A DNA stretch of 64,000 bases, from NCBI GenBank assembly GCA_964016885.1, contig OZ024743.1, forward strand, positions 41,664,001 to 41,728,000, written 5' to 3'. Under the pieces are notes generated by a model. The model saw only the letters and a program-made list of their open reading frames with translations. It did not search any database and was not told the origin of the DNA. The DNA comes from Eledone cirrhosa. Taxonomy: Eukaryota. Positions within the stretch are counted from its first letter, which is position 1, and each line of letters opens with the position of its first letter. Both the position numbers and the translations under genes were made by a program. Below, one piece after another: positions 13,919 through 27,109 of this stretch.

Positions 13919-14840
13919 TGCTGCAGACTAGCCAACTGCCCCATAAACGACACAAACCTATGCCACCAGGCTTACGTCGTATACAGACTAGAGTGTGACA
14001 AATGCAACAACTTCTACGTAGGTAGCACCACCAGACCACTCCACATAAGAATAAAAGAACACCTCAAAACTAACGCTTCCTCATTTAAGAAACACCTAGT
14101 TAAATGCAAAACCACCGACAGAACCATACCAGTTAGGATAGAAACTAAGGAAAGAAACCTCGGCAATCTTAGAATTAAGGAAGCACTAATTATAGACAAA
14201 ACACAACCACCAATTAATAATAGACTAGAACTCAACACCCAATTTATAACTTGATAGAGCTCCTAGCCCCATATTTACACACACACCCCACACACACGCA
14301 CACATACACACACACGCGCTTACACCTCCACTTACTCTCTCTCACACATACACACACAAAACCAGTTCTAACACGAGATAACATATATCCCCCACATTTA
14401 CGTATAGACATATCTTCTCAAACTCACACACACACACTCACATACTTACACTTTCATGCATTATCCCACACACTTATACAGGCATGTATAAAAAACTAAA
14501 AAACACGAACAAAAAAATTAATAAATAAAAATAAAAAAAACAAACAAACCCCTCTTAAAGGGAGACTACTCTTTATCCACCTAATCTTAACTCTTTGACA
14601 TTATAGACAGAACATATACTCTTTACCATTTCCTGTCAGCATGACATGGGAAGCTATTTAGAACACTGTTTTGACAACTTTACTTCCCTCTGAAGAAGAG
14701 ATATTATCTCGAAAATTTAGGACATTTAAATAAATCTAAGGTAAAAGACTAATTGTCAACAATATCTTTTGCATTTGCATTCTTTATTCTATGTCCATAC
14801 CTGCATTGTTTTGGCTTTATTATACATATACACACGTTTA
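13919..14840 (+). mobile_element. 5'-truncated Penelope-like element; right arm of the palindrome
   Basis: Diverged reverse complement of 13028-13908; same family as 42861-44210. Confidence 0.9.
14687..14721 (+). ncRNA. Minimal hammerhead in a PLE pLTR
   Basis: CCT-CTGAAGA-A-GAGATAtTATCTC-GAAA-AT-TT-AGG. Confidence 0.8.
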
Positions 14841-14884
14841 TACCTCATTACACAATGCTTCAAGTGAACTATAACCTCCTCCTT

Positions 14885-14981
<97 letters not shown>

Positions 14982-15039
14982 TTATATATAAATATATATA
15001 TATATATATTTATAAATATATATTTATATATATATATAT

Positions 15040-15897
15040 ATTTATAATTAATAAAAACAATGAATAAAAACAAAGAACAAGTTCCTTATATTAAAACATT
15101 CATCATTTTACGATCGTTTCTAGGATATATATGTGTGTATAGGTATTTATATCATATAGATCTATGTAAACATATTACAAACTATGAGAGGAAATATACA
15201 TATCTTCACATATATATGCTGTCTTAAGAAATTATGAGATTTGATTATTAAAAAAACCCAACAAAGATTTAATATAATAGGTCAGTTTGGGAACAGGTTT
15301 TCAATTGACTAATAGAAAAGTAATAAGAAGTCAAGTTGATAGAATAGTAGTAGTAGAAATTAAATTTAGGGCTAGAGGAATGAAGACTTATGTTTTGAAT
15401 GGAAAGAATACTTTCAATGAAAAGAATACTTTGGGGATGAAAAGAGGTCAAGCCGGTGATGGGTACACGACAATGTGATGTTATTAAAGAATAATGTTAA
15501 TGTTAATACCGAATGAGAGTAAAATTTTAGGGTAAAGGTATTAGTGAGAAATACCAATCTTATTTAAAACACAAGGAATTTAGATCTATAACAAGAAATT
15601 AAATTAATTGATAGGTATACTTAAAGGGATACATTTATATTAATTCATATGGATGTGATAAATAAGAATTAGATGTTATTAAAGAATGTTGTTAAAAACG
15701 AAGGAAAATAACATTTTGGGATAAGTGTAGTAGTGAGAAATACCAATATTATATAGACTACTAGGAATCTAGATTCATAACAGGAAATTAAATTAATTTA
15801 TAGGTATACTTTTAGGTATTAATTTTAGGAAAAGAGAGCTGTAAGAGGGAAATAAAATTATGAAGTTCTCTGTAGTAAAGTACTAATTATAGGTTAA
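15040..15897 (-). mobile_element. AT-rich pLTR-like element with a long-stem-II hammerhead (15105-15232, core mutated to CTTAAGA) and an internal ~140-bp direct repeat
   Basis: Homologous to 5115-5330. ATTT-CTTAAGA-...-GAAA-CGATCG-TA-AAAT. Direct repeat at 15477-15621 / 15672-15810. Confidence 0.6.
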
Positions 15898-16434
15898 CTA
15901 AATAAAAAAAACTAATTTATTTTGAAACTTGTTCTTATTTGCTAAACCTTGATGATATATGTTCTGGCTCGTTAATTTATTAACCCGCCACTTAACCACA
16001 TTGGCATCGGGTTGGAAATACATGTGTCCCTTAGCGCCTTGTGCGTGTAGGAACATATACTCTATTATTACTATCTCCTCTTGGTTGAGAAACAAAATGT
16101 GGTCGCTCTGACTGCTGCTAGTTAGAGCGGGAGCCGATTGAGCTCCCTGCCTCTGCTTCTATCTTTACACACGGCACATGAAAGAATTGATTCCACTTCA
16201 TTTTATCTCATCTCGGGAACAATTTTGAATAGTGGTAGTTCGTAATTTGAACTCGGGAATTTTATATTCTCCTAGTGACAATATCCTTCTGACGAGAGTT
16301 TATCTTTGAAACGGATGTCGTATGGACTTCGTTTATTTTTGAGACTCGAAACCGAGTCGGTAAAGGTAACCATAGTAAGTAAAGTTAATTTTTTAAAATG
16401 TATTTTGAAACTTTTTCTTATTTGTTAAACCTTG

Positions 16435-16438
<4 letters not shown>
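15898..16438 (+). mobile_element. Non-coding HHR element with a ~485-nt monomer and short terminal redundancy
   Basis: TTTTGAAACTT.TTCTTATTTG.TAAACCTTGAT at about 15920 and 16403. Ends in (TA)n. Partial homolog at 49036-49255. Confidence 0.7.
16285..16366 (+). ncRNA. Type-I hammerhead with an extended (52-nt) stem II and intact core
   Basis: CCTT-CTGACGA-GAGTTT...aaacgga.gtc..gac.ttcgttt...AGACTC-GAAA-CCGagtCGG-TA-AAGG. Confidence 0.85.
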
Positions 16439-16502
<64 letters not shown>

Positions 16503-16703
16503 TATGTACACGTACATACATATATGTATACAGACGAACAGTAGTATGTATATATATATACATACATGCACACATATATATATGTACGTATGGAATCACC
16601 GAACATTTATTATAATGCTCGGTGTGTTTGTAAACAAACATCCCGTATTAAGCCGTAGTATCCAGCAACCATCGTTGCTCGTTTGTTCAACACTGACAAA
16701 GGA

Positions 16704-16746
16704 ACGCTGTACTAGTTTCAAGCTTATTAGCTATCGTCAGCAACGT
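16704..16746 (-). ncRNA. Type-I hammerhead, family B
   Basis: ACGTTG-CTGACGA-TAGCTaataAGCTT-GAAA-CTAG-TA-CAGCGT. Confidence 0.85.
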
Positions 16747-16916
16747 ATACCTTCCTGCCAGATTGTTGAACGTATATACTTACCTTATTTCATATTAACG
16801 GCTGAGTATCCCAATTTGCATATTAAGTGGGTTAATCGGCCGGGTGAACCGAGAACGATATAATGAATGTTCGGTCAATCCATACGTACATATATATATA
16901 TATGTGTGCATGTATG

Positions 16917-17031
<115 letters not shown>

Positions 17032-17251
17032 TACTGTATGTATGTATACATATATCTATGTACGTGTACATATTTTATATTTAAGTAACAGCCGTACTAA
17101 GAGTGGGAAAAGAAATTTCGTTTCATTTTCTCCGTTTATCGTTTCCGGTGCACCCGGCCGATTAACCCACTCGATATGCAAATTGGGCTACTCAGCCGTT
17201 AATATGCATAAGGTAAATTTATACGTTCAACAATCTGGCAGGAAGATGTAA

Positions 17252-17290
17252 GTTGCTGACGATAGTTAATAAGCTTGAAACTAGTACAGC
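17252..17290 (+). ncRNA. Type-I hammerhead, family B
   Basis: GTTG-CTGACGA-TAGTTaataAGCTT-GAAA-CTAG-TA-CAGC. Confidence 0.85.
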
Positions 17291-17517
17291 GTACTTTTGT
17301 CAGTGTTGAACAAACGAGCAACGATGGTTGGTGGACACTACGGCTTAATACGGGATGTTTGTTTACAAACACACCGAGCATTATAATAAATGTTCGGTGA
17401 ATCCATACGTACATATATATACATATATATGTGTGCATGTATGTATATGTATATACATACTACTGTACGTCTGTATACATATATGTATGTACGTGTACAT
17501 ACTTATATTTAAGTAAC

Positions 17518-17650
17518 TCCTGATGATTTCTAAAGAATGAAACTGTTCTATTACTGTAGAATCTCATCTATATTAAAACTTATATACTCTGCTATATATT
17601 GAGTACCTTACTTACTGTGGTTACCTCTGATTCAACCCGGAATAACTTAT
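17518..17650 (+). mobile_element. Family A HHR monomer, 5'-truncated in stem I and fused to the family B element
   Basis: TC-CTGATGA-TTTCtaaaGAAT-GAAAC...CTGTA-GAATCT; homologous to 2033-2165. Confidence 0.8.
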
Positions 17651-17959
17651 ATTGATATATATACGTGACCTCTTCAGTGACTGGGATTCTTTTCTTTGTT
17701 TTTGTGCCTCTCCTTTGTTCTGTCCTATGCCATCTTGTTTTTGTGTGCGTTGTGTGCTTAGTTTGCGCATGTGTTACATCCGGGTGTCTGTGTGTGTTTA
17801 TATTTGTTTATTTATTATTATAAGACTACTGTACAGTAATACACTTTATAAAGAAAAGCTATAGTTCTGTGTAGATGATTTTAAGTTAAAAACTATTAAT
17901 CGAAATAAAGAAACATTATCAATACTATATACTCTACTGTGCAGGCCTATATGCCCAAT

Positions 17960-18046
17960 AAGGTAGTCATTCGTTTAACGATTATTTCGCTTAACGAACG
18001 GATGGATCATTGGAACGTAACTTGTTCGTTAAACGAGGAGTACCTG
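17960..18046. mobile_element. pogo/Tigger-like MITE
   Basis: TIRs aAGGTAGTCATTCGTTTAACGA / TCGTTAAACGAGGAGTACCTG followed by TA. Confidence 0.6.
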
Positions 18047-18054
18047 TATATATA

Positions 18055-18690
<636 letters not shown>

Positions 18691-19414
18691 TATATATATA
18701 TAAACAATAAATAACAAAATAATCTAAGGGTTTTCGTATATGCTGGGCAAACACCAAGTTAAACCGGCCTTCATTACATTGAGTTTGTTACACCTGCGAT
18801 TAACTCTCCTCCACTCTCTCTCATTCTTTCTTTCTCTTGAAGAAATCGACTTTATTCCGACACGAAGAGTGATGAACATCGCCAGTCTTAAAATGTCCAA
18901 GATTAGCTGTGTTGGGGGATCGGCGCCTCCATAAGGTTTAAAGAGCTATTTGACGTGTTTTACGTCATAAAGTTCGTCATAATTACAAACGTTACTCACA
19001 TCTAGGAAAACCTTGTAACGAATAGAGAAATTTATCGGCGGACATATTACAGAGGGTAATTGTTTAGTTTTAAGAGGAAAGATAATTGTATATTTTGTTT
19101 AGATTTAGGTCATATGTGAGAACAAGAATGTAATGTGTATTTTCTTTTATTTATTGGGGGGGGGGGGGGGATTTACTGAGAGATATATGTTATATGTTAT
19201 GATTTCAAATCCTGTCTCCTGTCAACCAGAAAAATAAAGGCTCTCCTGCGAGTAGAAGGAAACGGGAAGATGAATGGAAACATAAATTATTTGCTTCAAT
19301 CTTAGAATAGACTCCTTTCTTTCCCTTAACCCTGCAATTGTTTTGAAACTCTAAAGATAGAAGTATACAGAATATATATATTGTGTAATTTTTCCCTGTA
19401 GTAGCTTACGAAAA

Positions 19415-19572
19415 TGGCGGCGAATTGATAGGGCTGTTAGAATGATGCATAGAATGCTTTCTGGTATACGTTCCGGCTCACTACTCTCTGAGTTCAAATC
19501 CCTCCAATGTCAACTTTGCCTTTCATGATTTCGAGGTCGATAAAAATGTACCAGTCTAGCAAAGGAGTCGAT
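19415..19572 (+). mobile_element. tRNA-derived SINE (family 2)
   Basis: GGCGGCG...GAGTTCAAATCC...AACTTTGCCTTTCAT..TTTCGAGGTCGATAAAA..GTACCAG; multiple copies in the window. Confidence 0.75.
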
Positions 19573-19746
19573 TCTTCATCAATATATCTTTCTCACTTTC
19601 TTTCTCTCACTCGCTTTAGCCGTCTCTGGAAGAAATCTACCGTGTTCAGACCTGATTATATGGCTTCCATCAGGGTTTTGTTTTAATGCCCTAGAAATGC
19701 TGCCTGGCAATGCGGCGCTCTACGTATCCCTCGGTTGTTACGGGAT

Positions 19747-19818
<72 letters not shown>

Positions 19819-20339
19819 CATATATACAGATAGAGAGAGCGAGAGAGAGAGAGAGAGATCTTAATAAAAACTTACACACAGAAACTATATGAAAAATAAA
19901 TACTGATACAAATGCATAGTGTTATAGGTGATCATTGATTTCATTCAAACATGTTTGATTTTGAAACAAATAAAGTTGTAGGCACAGTAGAGCGTGATAT
20001 TAAATGCAGTTGGGCATTTACGTTGTCACCTTAAGTTCATAGTTCAAATCCCATCAAAGTTAATGAAACTAGAATTATTTCTTCCAAGATATCGGTAAAT
20101 TTAATTTCATGCTATTTAACATGTTAATTAGAAAATCGATTATAGTCAATTATTCATATTAAAATATTGATTAACCTTTTTTTTACTCTAGAATGTCCAA
20201 CAGAAATTTAGCTAGGAATAAAACGTCCATATTCGTGCAAAACTCTTAACACGAAATTTAACTTCATATAATTCACAGACATGACACAATATATTAAGCA
20301 GTTTTCTGTCGTAATTTAAATTACCTTTCACGCTCTAAA

Positions 20340-20500
20340 AGGGAGGAATTGTTAGAATCGTAAGAATGTACGCCAGAATACTTTGCTCCATTTATTTTTT
20401 GCTATCTGCGATCTGTGTTAAAACATCATCATGGTGAACTGTCCCTTTCATCTTTTCGAGATCAATAAATATAGTAGTAGTCCACTGATACGGTAGATTC
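20340..20500 (+). mobile_element. SINE family 2, degraded
   Basis: AACTGTCCCTTTCATCTTTTCGAGATCAATAAA resembles the family core. Confidence 0.5.
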
Positions 20501-21044
20501 TTCATCTATATTTACTTTTCACTTCATCTGCCTGTGCATTGTCTCGAAAAATGAAATCAGTTATGTTAAAACATGGAGAGGGATGTGTTCCGCTATGTGG
20601 AAATACTCAAGGCACGATGTACATCACGACGGCACTTCATCGACTCAATAATAGTTGATGTACAAAGAATGAAAACGTTTTATCTTGAATCGCTATGTAG
20701 TTTGCAGGTCTCACGCCCATATTTACCTCTTCCAACTAAGCAAATTACTATTTTGCTATCCCTTCCACTTAAAAGTGAATGACTTCGCTCCAGAATCCTG
20801 GATTTGTAGGTAAAAACTATTTCTATAGTTGTAGCTGACGACTGAGATATGTTTTCTCTACTCTACTGTTAATTATATACTTAATAATCTTAACATATAT
20901 TTCTTGAATGAATAAGAAGGATTTGGAGTTCATTTGCATATATCTAAGTTGATTCGAATATTCTATTCTGTATTTATTTTGATGTTAGATGTATATCCAT
21001 AATCCAGTCACAAATGTTGTTAGATATGTACATTAAATATATTT

Positions 21045-21230
21045 GTTTCTACTTTAGGCACAAGGCCAGCAATAACCCAGTTCATTACTGGTACTTTATT
21101 TTATCGACCCCGTAAGGATGAAAGGCAAAGTCAACCTCGGTGGGATTTGAACTCAGATCGTAAAGGGACGTAAGTATGCTGGAAAGCATGGCGTCCGACC
21201 CTCTACCGATACTGCCCATCCACCGCCTTA
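21045..21230 (-). mobile_element. SINE family 2
   Basis: CTGGTACTTTATTTTATCGACCCCGTAAGGATGAAAGGCAAAGTCAACCTCGG..GGATTTGAACTCAG. Confidence 0.8.
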
Positions 21231-21415
21231 CATTAAATATATTGATAGTCTTCAGCATACTTTCTTGTATTTTACAAGAATATCAAATATAGCGTTCGAA
21301 AGATTCTTCTACTGTTTGTGCATTTTATTTATTGATATCCGATACTATTTACGAAGATATATCACATAAAACCACATTTAATTAAATATAATGTAATATA
21401 ATACGATATAATATG

Positions 21416-21450
<35 letters not shown>

Positions 21451-21455
<5 letters not shown>

Positions 21456-22520
21456 AGCAAATAAAACAAAATAAACACACGGATGCAAAAATACATGATC
21501 TAATCTTACTAGGATCACGCTCGAGGAGGGTTCTGCGTTTTGGAAGGAAGTCCTTCATCAGGAAATGGAGAATTCGGATAGAGAGGGAATAGGTAGGTAC
21601 ATGAAAGTGTAGAAGAGATTGTCATAAGAAAGTTTGGAAAAGATAAGTACATGACAGTTTATATTTATAAAGAGAAACAGAGGGAGAGAGAGAGAGGAGG
21701 GTAGAAATAAAAGAGATTTATATTGCTTGATTAAAAACATTATAGCCGTCACTAACAATCAGGTATGATTTGGTAGTATGTACCATACTGTTGCTAAATG
21801 ATTATTTTAGCTGCTCATGCAACCACTGGCAGACACAGAGATCCACTCGAATTTCACTCACCTGATCTATTAGAAAATCTAGGATCTGAGAACTTAGAGA
21901 GAGGGTTGCACTTGAACTGGACTGGTACTTTATCGATCCAGATATGATGAAATACAATGAGGAGCTCGCTGGGGCTTGAACTCGAAATGCATGGATAGGG
22001 AACACATATCTATATACTCTAGAAAGATCACAGATAGACCTCCTTACTCTACTGATATAGAACATATAACGGATTATTGTGAGGTGTCTCGTGAACTGCA
22101 GAGGGAAAGAGATAATAATTTATTATGTACATGGCTGAGATATGTGTGTACCTGAGCGAGAGGAGGGGGGTGGCAGGAGAGTGAAGGGGAAAAGAGGAGG
22201 GGTAAGAGGGAGAGAGAATCAGTGATAGACCAGCGCTGAGAGTATATAACATATCCTGAGTGAGGAAAACCCATCACAATCCCCAAAGCTTTGGAACGGT
22301 TTTAACCGTAACCATTATAGAATTGTGGCTAAATAACGGAAGGAAACATCTGCTATGTAGTGTGCCAATGCAGCCCAGGCAATTCCTGGTATCCTCAATA
22401 CTGACGGAGAGAACGATATTATTGGGGGAGACATAAATCTTTTATATCTACAGTTGACAGTCGATTGAGGAAATCTCTCGTAAGGCAAGTTGTATGTAGA
22501 TTATTGAGGATGTTTATATC
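21451..22520 (-). mobile_element. Degraded Penelope-like remnant with a degenerate minimal HHR (21531-21564) and a nested SINE (about 21915-22010)
   Basis: Minus strand: TTC-CTGATGA-A-GGActtcctTCC-aAAA-CG-cA-GAA. RT-like GIVMGFPHSG near 22260. The 3' end is at (TA)n. Confidence 0.5.
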
Positions 22521-23519
22521 CTCAACCTAATATGTCGTAGCTTAATAGATCACCACGTAAATGTTTTATCTTTGAATCCTCAGTATTCTTGTATGTCATA
22601 TTGTAGTTACTTCTGAAGATGTTAAAGTTACCTCGCATGTAATTGCATATCATCAATATTTAAGAGACGTTGTGAGATCAATAGAATTCTCATCGCCAAC
22701 GACTAGGTACTAGGGTTTGTCATTAATCATTTATTCTTAGTTATTAATGTACAACATATCGTTTTCTCACCAAAAAAACTCCATTTTATTTTTGACGGAC
22801 TTAAATTTCTATCTTTAAATCCATAATGACATTTGACAGATTTTCTTCAAACCGAAACATCACTTTTTTTTTTCCAAGCCCTTAGATATAATAGGATTGA
22901 TAGTGATTTCTGCTTTAAAATTCCTACCTGACAAAAACAGCAACAACTGCAACATTTCTACATTTAATGTATCGCTTTCAATTGTTTTGCGCGCCTACTG
23001 ACCGAAACGACACAGCGTCAGCATAGTGAAATTTGGATATTTTCGAATGTTCAGATGACATGGAAAATGTAGCTAAGACGAACAAATATTGACGGTAGCA
23101 TAACAAACTAACGGAGAGGCATGGGTGATAGATTACATCGATAGTCCGGGTTAATGCAAACACCACCACTTGCTTACCCTTAAATGCTTTTTTGGTGGAT
23201 TACACTCTGTTGAAAGCATTTGGTGTTGGACTCCGATTTGTAGATAATTCCACCTCTATTTGTCTCCGTCTCCTTGAAATAGGATACATACAGATTTACA
23301 GTACCGGAACAAGGGGGCTTTGTTAAGCAGAATTCACTAGTTGTAAGTGTTGTAATGTACGGGTTGCCAAATGTAAAGGGTTGCACCATGCTGGACCCTC
23401 TTTAAGTTCTTCCTATAGGCAAGTTTTGTGCTTCCATCTCATGGTTCCTAAAACAGTTCGCAGGTCCATCGGAAGATTTTTCTTATTTTATAATTTCTGT
23501 GGCTATATAATGACCTTTA

Positions 23520-23720
23520 GTATAGGCACAAGGCTAGTAATTTGGCGAGAGGGGTAAGTCGATTAAATCGATCCCAGTGCGTAACTGGTGCTTTATTTTA
23601 TCTACCCCGTAAGGATGAAAGGCAAAGTTAACCTCGGCGTGATTTGAACTCAGATCTAAGGATGGGGGTAACTCTATGTTGCTAAGCATGGCGTACGACA
23701 CTCTTGCGCCCTTCTGTCGC
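23520..23720 (-). mobile_element. SINE family 2
   Basis: Same core as 21045-21230. Confidence 0.8.
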
Positions 23721-24794
23721 TAAATAATAAAAAAAGTAAGATGTTGGATCACTTGAACTGCTTCTCAAAATAACAGACAAAATCACCTTCAGATTACGCT
23801 CTACATATATTAGACTGGAAAAAAAGGTTGGGGTGAACAAATCTCGAAAATCCTGAGACACTGGTGGTGGCGCAGACTTTCACTTAACTTTTCAAAACCA
23901 TAATTATATTAAGATTATCTAATATAAGCTATCCATTATTTCTTTCGGTAACTTGGAAAAGTTGTTTGCTACCGAAGCACACACACGCACAGACACGATC
24001 AGGCACGCAGATATACACACGTACAACTCTACATATAAATACCTGCATGAATACATATTAATATCTCTAATCAATGACCACAATTTAAATTGTATGTACA
24101 TACTTCACTCCAGCTATGATCACTTTTCATTAACAGAATACTTTCTCAATTCTGCAGTAGAAATTCAATACCCGAAATCTGCAACAACACCAGTCGGCAA
24201 ATGTTACACCATGTCATAGAACCAACATCATAACACTAATTCTTTAAAGAAGCAGGAATGCTTTTGCTCATAGGTATGGCTTTTTTAAAAATCTGAGTTT
24301 AGCTGGTTTTTATACCATATCGACCAATAAAATCAAACATTGCATATAACCGTTTGCAAGAAATGTAACACACCAACATGTAACATCATATATGACATGA
24401 GGAATTATTAGATTTAGCTACATAAATATTTAACAGAAAGAATGTTTGCGTGGTTAATGAATTGATTTCGTGCTACCTTGATTAACGATTGACTAGAATA
24501 ACAATGCATTCTGTATGAAAAATAGAAACTATGTTTAAGTCAAATCTATATAAGTATGTATATATATATATAGTATGCACTATTTTTCGTTGTGTACTAT
24601 ACATGTGGAAAGATAAAAAACTATTCTTTTTGATAAAAAAAAGTACAACATTAACCTGATGGTGTCATAAGATCGTAGTTCCATGCGGCTTTTCTTGTTC
24701 ATTTTAAAACCCTTTCCGACTTTGAACAGAGCAGATGTCCTCCAAAGAAGGATAGAAAGTGAGAGACCGAAAGGGAAAAAGCTATAGAGAATAA

Positions 24795-24945
24795 GAATTG
24801 ACCCTCATAACTTGATTGGTACATTTTTATCGACCTCAAAACGATGAAAGACACTGTTGATCTCGGTGAATTTGAACTCAGAGAGCAGAAAGGTGGAACG
24901 AATACAGCAATCGATTCTATCCAACTTTCTATTAACTCTGCCTAC
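24795..24945 (-). mobile_element. SINE family 2, degraded
   Basis: TTTTATCGACCTCAAAACGATGAAAGACA...ATTTGAACTCAG. Confidence 0.65.
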
Positions 24946-24956
24946 CCATGGTGTGT

Positions 24957-24998
<42 letters not shown>

Positions 24999-25001
<3 letters not shown>

Positions 25002-25466
25002 AATGTAAGTATGTATGTATGTATACGTACATACATATATGTATACACACGTACAGTAGTATGTATATATATACATACATGCACACATATATATATATAT
25101 GCACGTATCGGTTTACCGAACATTTATTATAATGCTCGGTTTGTTTGTTTGTAAAAAAACAAACAACCCGAATTACGCCGTACAGTGTTTAGGGGACCAC
25201 GTCACCTTTTTAAGTAAGTGCCGTACTAAGAGTGAGAAATGAAATTTCGTTTCATTCTATTCCATTTATCGTTTACGGTGTGCCTGGCCGACTGAATTCA
25301 CTCGATATGCAAATTAGGCTGCTCAGCCGTTAATATGCATAAGGAAAGTATATACTTTCAGGCGTTCAACCATCTGGCAGGAAGGTATATGATGCTGACG
25401 ATAGCTAATAAGCTTGAAACTAGTACATCGTTCCCGTGTCAGTGTTGAACAAAAAGGTGACGTGGT
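24999..25466. mobile_element. Family B monomer with an internal inversion; HHR at 25391-25429 (+)
   Basis: 24999-25211 is on the minus strand and about 25210-25466 on the plus strand. GATG-CTGACGA-TAGCTaataAGCTT-GAAA-CTAG-TA-CATC. Confidence 0.85.
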
Positions 25467-25474
25467 ACATGTTT

Positions 25475-25762
25475 ATGTGCATAACACTCCCTGAAACATA
25501 AGTAATACACATGTAAAGTTTGAAACAAATCGGTTGTTTACTTCTCGGGTTTTAGGGATTCAAACTCTCAGACAGACACACACACACACTCACACACACA
25601 CAGACAGACATCCTCAGGGAAGTGACGTAATGCAGACAGCCAGACACACAGACAGATATTATAAGGGCGCGACGTTATAAGTATGTATCTATCTAAAAAG
25701 AGAAAGACTAAGTAGTATAGTGAGAGATCGCTAAATCGCCCAATGCGCTCCTTAGGGCCTTG
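25475..25762 (-). mobile_element. Inverted internal fragment of the adjacent Helitron
   Basis: Reverse complement of the ~280-bp internal unit of 25990-26320. Confidence 0.8.
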
Positions 25763-25784
25763 GACATTTGAAATGTTGTTATTT

Positions 25785-25828
25785 GTCTGAGGAACTGGAA
25801 TCATTCCTCAGAGAAATGACAACATAAC
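25785..25828 (+). ncRNA. Hammerhead-like motif with a weak stem I
   Basis: GT-CTGAGGA-aCTGGAATcATTCCtCAGa-GAAA-TGacaaCA-TA-AC. Confidence 0.5.
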
Positions 25829-25910
25829 CAGGAGCTGGACATATCAGAGTATTGACGGAGTAAAACACACTTCAACAACACGTGTACCTGTCCTTCCCAC
25901 ACCAATTCGG

Positions 25911-25965
25911 ATTGCCTGAAGAGGTCACAGCCAATGATAGCTGTCACCGAAATAAATATAGCAGT
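25911..25965 (+). ncRNA. Type-I hammerhead, intact core
   Basis: ATTGC-CTGAAGA-GGTcACAGCcaatgataGCTGTcACC-GAAA-TAaaTA-TA-GCAGT. Confidence 0.85.
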
Positions 25966-25975
25966 ATATCAATAA

Positions 25976-26777
25976 TCTATATATATAAAACTGAGGATGT
26001 CTGTATGTGTGTGTGTGAGTTTGAATCCCTAAAACTCGAGAAAAACCCAACCGACTGTTTTCAAACTTTACACATGTAATACTTATGTTTCATGGAGTGT
26101 TCTGAGCAAAAGTAATTTCAAATTTACAAAGCCTAAGGGACCGCATTAGGCGATTTAGCGATCTCTCTCTATAATTCTTAGTCTTTCTCTTTTTAGATAG
26201 ATACATACATATAACGTCGCGCCCTTATAATATCTGTCTGTATGTCTGACTGTCTGCATTACGTCACTTCCCTGAGGATGCCTGTGTGTGTGTGTGTCAG
26301 TGAGTCTGAATCCCTAAGTCCGGCATTAGGTGAAAAACTGCGTTTTTTCAGGTTTTTAGGGTTTTTTTTAGGCGTTACGTCAGAATGATTTCCTTGAAAT
26401 TGTAACTATGCATTAGGCAGTGAGCAAAGAAATCATACCGTGAGCAAAGAAATCCAACTTTTTTTTATGGCCTAGGGCCCGCATGAGGTTAAACACTTCA
26501 TGTTTTCAGCTTTTTAGGGTTTTTTTGAGGCGTTAAGTCTAGCCCGTTTTTCTGAAATTTCAAGGCATATTATGCACATCCCCTAGGGCTTGCATTAGGT
26601 GAAAACCTGGTTTTTCCTGCTTCATCGAGTAAAATATTAAAGATTATCCTGCCATCAGTGTATTCAGTTTATTTTCTTTACATATTGCCCAGGCATGCAG
26701 TTTTTCCACGATTAGGTCTGTTGGCGGCCCGCGTTCCAAAATAGCTGATCCCGTGCAACGCCGGGTACCACTGCTAG
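25976..26777 (+). mobile_element. Complete non-autonomous Helitron
   Basis: A|TCTATATATATAAAA 5' end, subterminal hairpin CCCGtGCaacGCCGGG (26750-26765), CTAG|T 3' end, internal tandem repeats. Confidence 0.9.
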
Positions 26778-26920
26778 TTCATAATAAACGAAGCCAAATT
26801 TTACATATTTGACTTAATTATTTTACATTACTCCGGAGTAAACAAACCAACCTGCGTACTTCGTCGAGTGGTCCAAGTCCAATCTGCATACTAGGTGTCG
26901 GTAAACAACCAACATATACT

Positions 26921-27024
<104 letters not shown>

Positions 27025-27039
27025 GTGTGTGTGAGAGAG

Positions 27040-27109
<70 letters not shown>

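Noticed and set aside
22927-23450. Possible minus-strand host exons (acceptor near 23449, donors near 23177 and 22930; WCNPLHL motif)
   Set aside because: All three frames contain stops and no recognisable protein emerges; a non-coding exon cannot be excluded.
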